This document shows positions 31,683 through 32,000 of a stretch of 32,000 nucleotides of DNA, piece by piece. Position 1 is the first letter of the stretch. Each line of letters begins with the position of its first letter. The translations under genes and the position numbers were made by a program. The DNA lies in the NCBI RefSeq assembly GCF_000017305.1, contig NC_009664.2:840001-872000 (forward strand), in the 5' to 3' direction. Source of the DNA: Kineococcus radiotolerans SRS30216 = ATCC BAA-149 (lineage in GTDB: Bacteria > Actinomycetota > Actinomycetes > Actinomycetales > Kineococcaceae). The notes beneath the pieces were generated by a model. It was not told the origin of the DNA. It was given only the letters and a program-made list of their open reading frames with translations, and did no database searches.

Positions 31683-32000
31683 GTGACCCGCCCCCCGCTC
31701 CGCCTCGCCGCCGCCGCGCTGCTGCTCCCGCTGGCGGGTCTGACCGCCTGCGGCTCCGTGCAGGCCGCTGCCGGTCCGCTCGTGTCGGGCACCACCCCCA
31801 CGCCGACCGCGACGGCCACCGCGACCCCGGCCCCCGTCCCCGTCGAGCCCGTCGTCAACGACCTCGCGCTGGGCTCGGCCCACCACGAGCTGCGGGCCGG
31901 CGGCATGAGCCTCGCCGTGGACTACTGGTCCACCCTCGACATGGCCGGGTGGACCGCCGGCGCCGCGAAGCCGGTGCAGCTCGCCGCCACCGTCACCGGC
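31683..32000 (+). CDS. Putative lipoprotein. Only the N-terminal 106 codons are present, and the 3' end is outside the window. It is not in the ORF track because no stop is reached.
   Basis: GTG at 31683 lies 5 nt after 'ggagg' (31673-31677). 'VTRPPLRLAAAALLLPLAGLTACGS' is a signal peptide with a lipobox. A Thr/Pro/Ala linker 'TTPTPTATATATPAPVPVEP' follows. The frame is open to position 32000. Confidence 0.5.
   Translation, partial: MTRPPLRLAAAALLLPLAGLTACGSVQAAAGPLVSGTTPTPTATATATPAPVPVEPVVNDLALGSAHHELRAGGMSLAVDYWSTLDMAGWTAGAAKPVQLAATVTG

Noticed and set aside
29689-31686. 665-aa + strand ORF and 527-aa minus-strand ORF 29873..31456 overlapping gltX.
   Set aside because: gltX (30007..31512, minus) has the HIGH and KMSKS motifs. 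The others are Arg/Gly/Pro-rich alternate frames.

Overview
This is a very GC-rich, densely coding chromosomal window of actinobacterial type. I can support about 33 protein genes and 3 tRNAs. I saw no transposase, integrase, phage genes or CRISPR array.

Gene content, left to right:
- The tail of an L-rhamnose catabolic cluster: the C-terminus of an aldolase/SDR, then rhaB, then an lldD-like FMN dehydrogenase.
- A YdeI-like protein and an NCS2 purine permease.
- A ROK regulator divergent from a sugar ABC importer (lipoprotein binding protein plus two permeases, no ATPase gene).
- A roughly 9 kb array of ten minus-strand genes: recG, an ABC ATPase, a 552-aa polytopic membrane protein, rsmD, coaD, a SepIVA-like coiled-coil protein, yceD (DUF177), rpmF, rnc and mutM.
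- rpmB, thiL, a DUF3515 protein, an orphan 256-aa protein and ddl.
- A Cys/Met-family PLP enzyme.
- An unusual XRE-HTH::MurA-like fusion gene.
- HU with a basic low-complexity tail, leuD, leuC and a divergent IclR regulator.
- tRNA-Glu (two copies), tRNA-Gln and gltX.
- The start of a lipoprotein gene that runs off the window.

From my memory of the Mycobacterium tuberculosis H37Rv map (fpg-rnc-DUF177-SepIVA ... coaD-rsmD ... recG ... thiL ... ddlA ... hupB-leuD-leuC-IclR ... gltS), the backbone is a conserved actinobacterial core block. I could not check this here.

The parts that stand out against that backbone:
1. The HTH::MurA-like fusion, which has a perfect palindrome immediately upstream of its start.
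2. The ABC ATPase and large membrane protein pair wedged between recG and rsmD.
3. The orphan gene next to ddl.

Most of the long ORFs in the six-frame track are alternate-frame or antisense artefacts of the GC content. All start codons are inferred by eye from N-terminal motifs, RBS-like purine runs and stop/start overlaps. No similarity search was possible, so family names rest on motif recognition.
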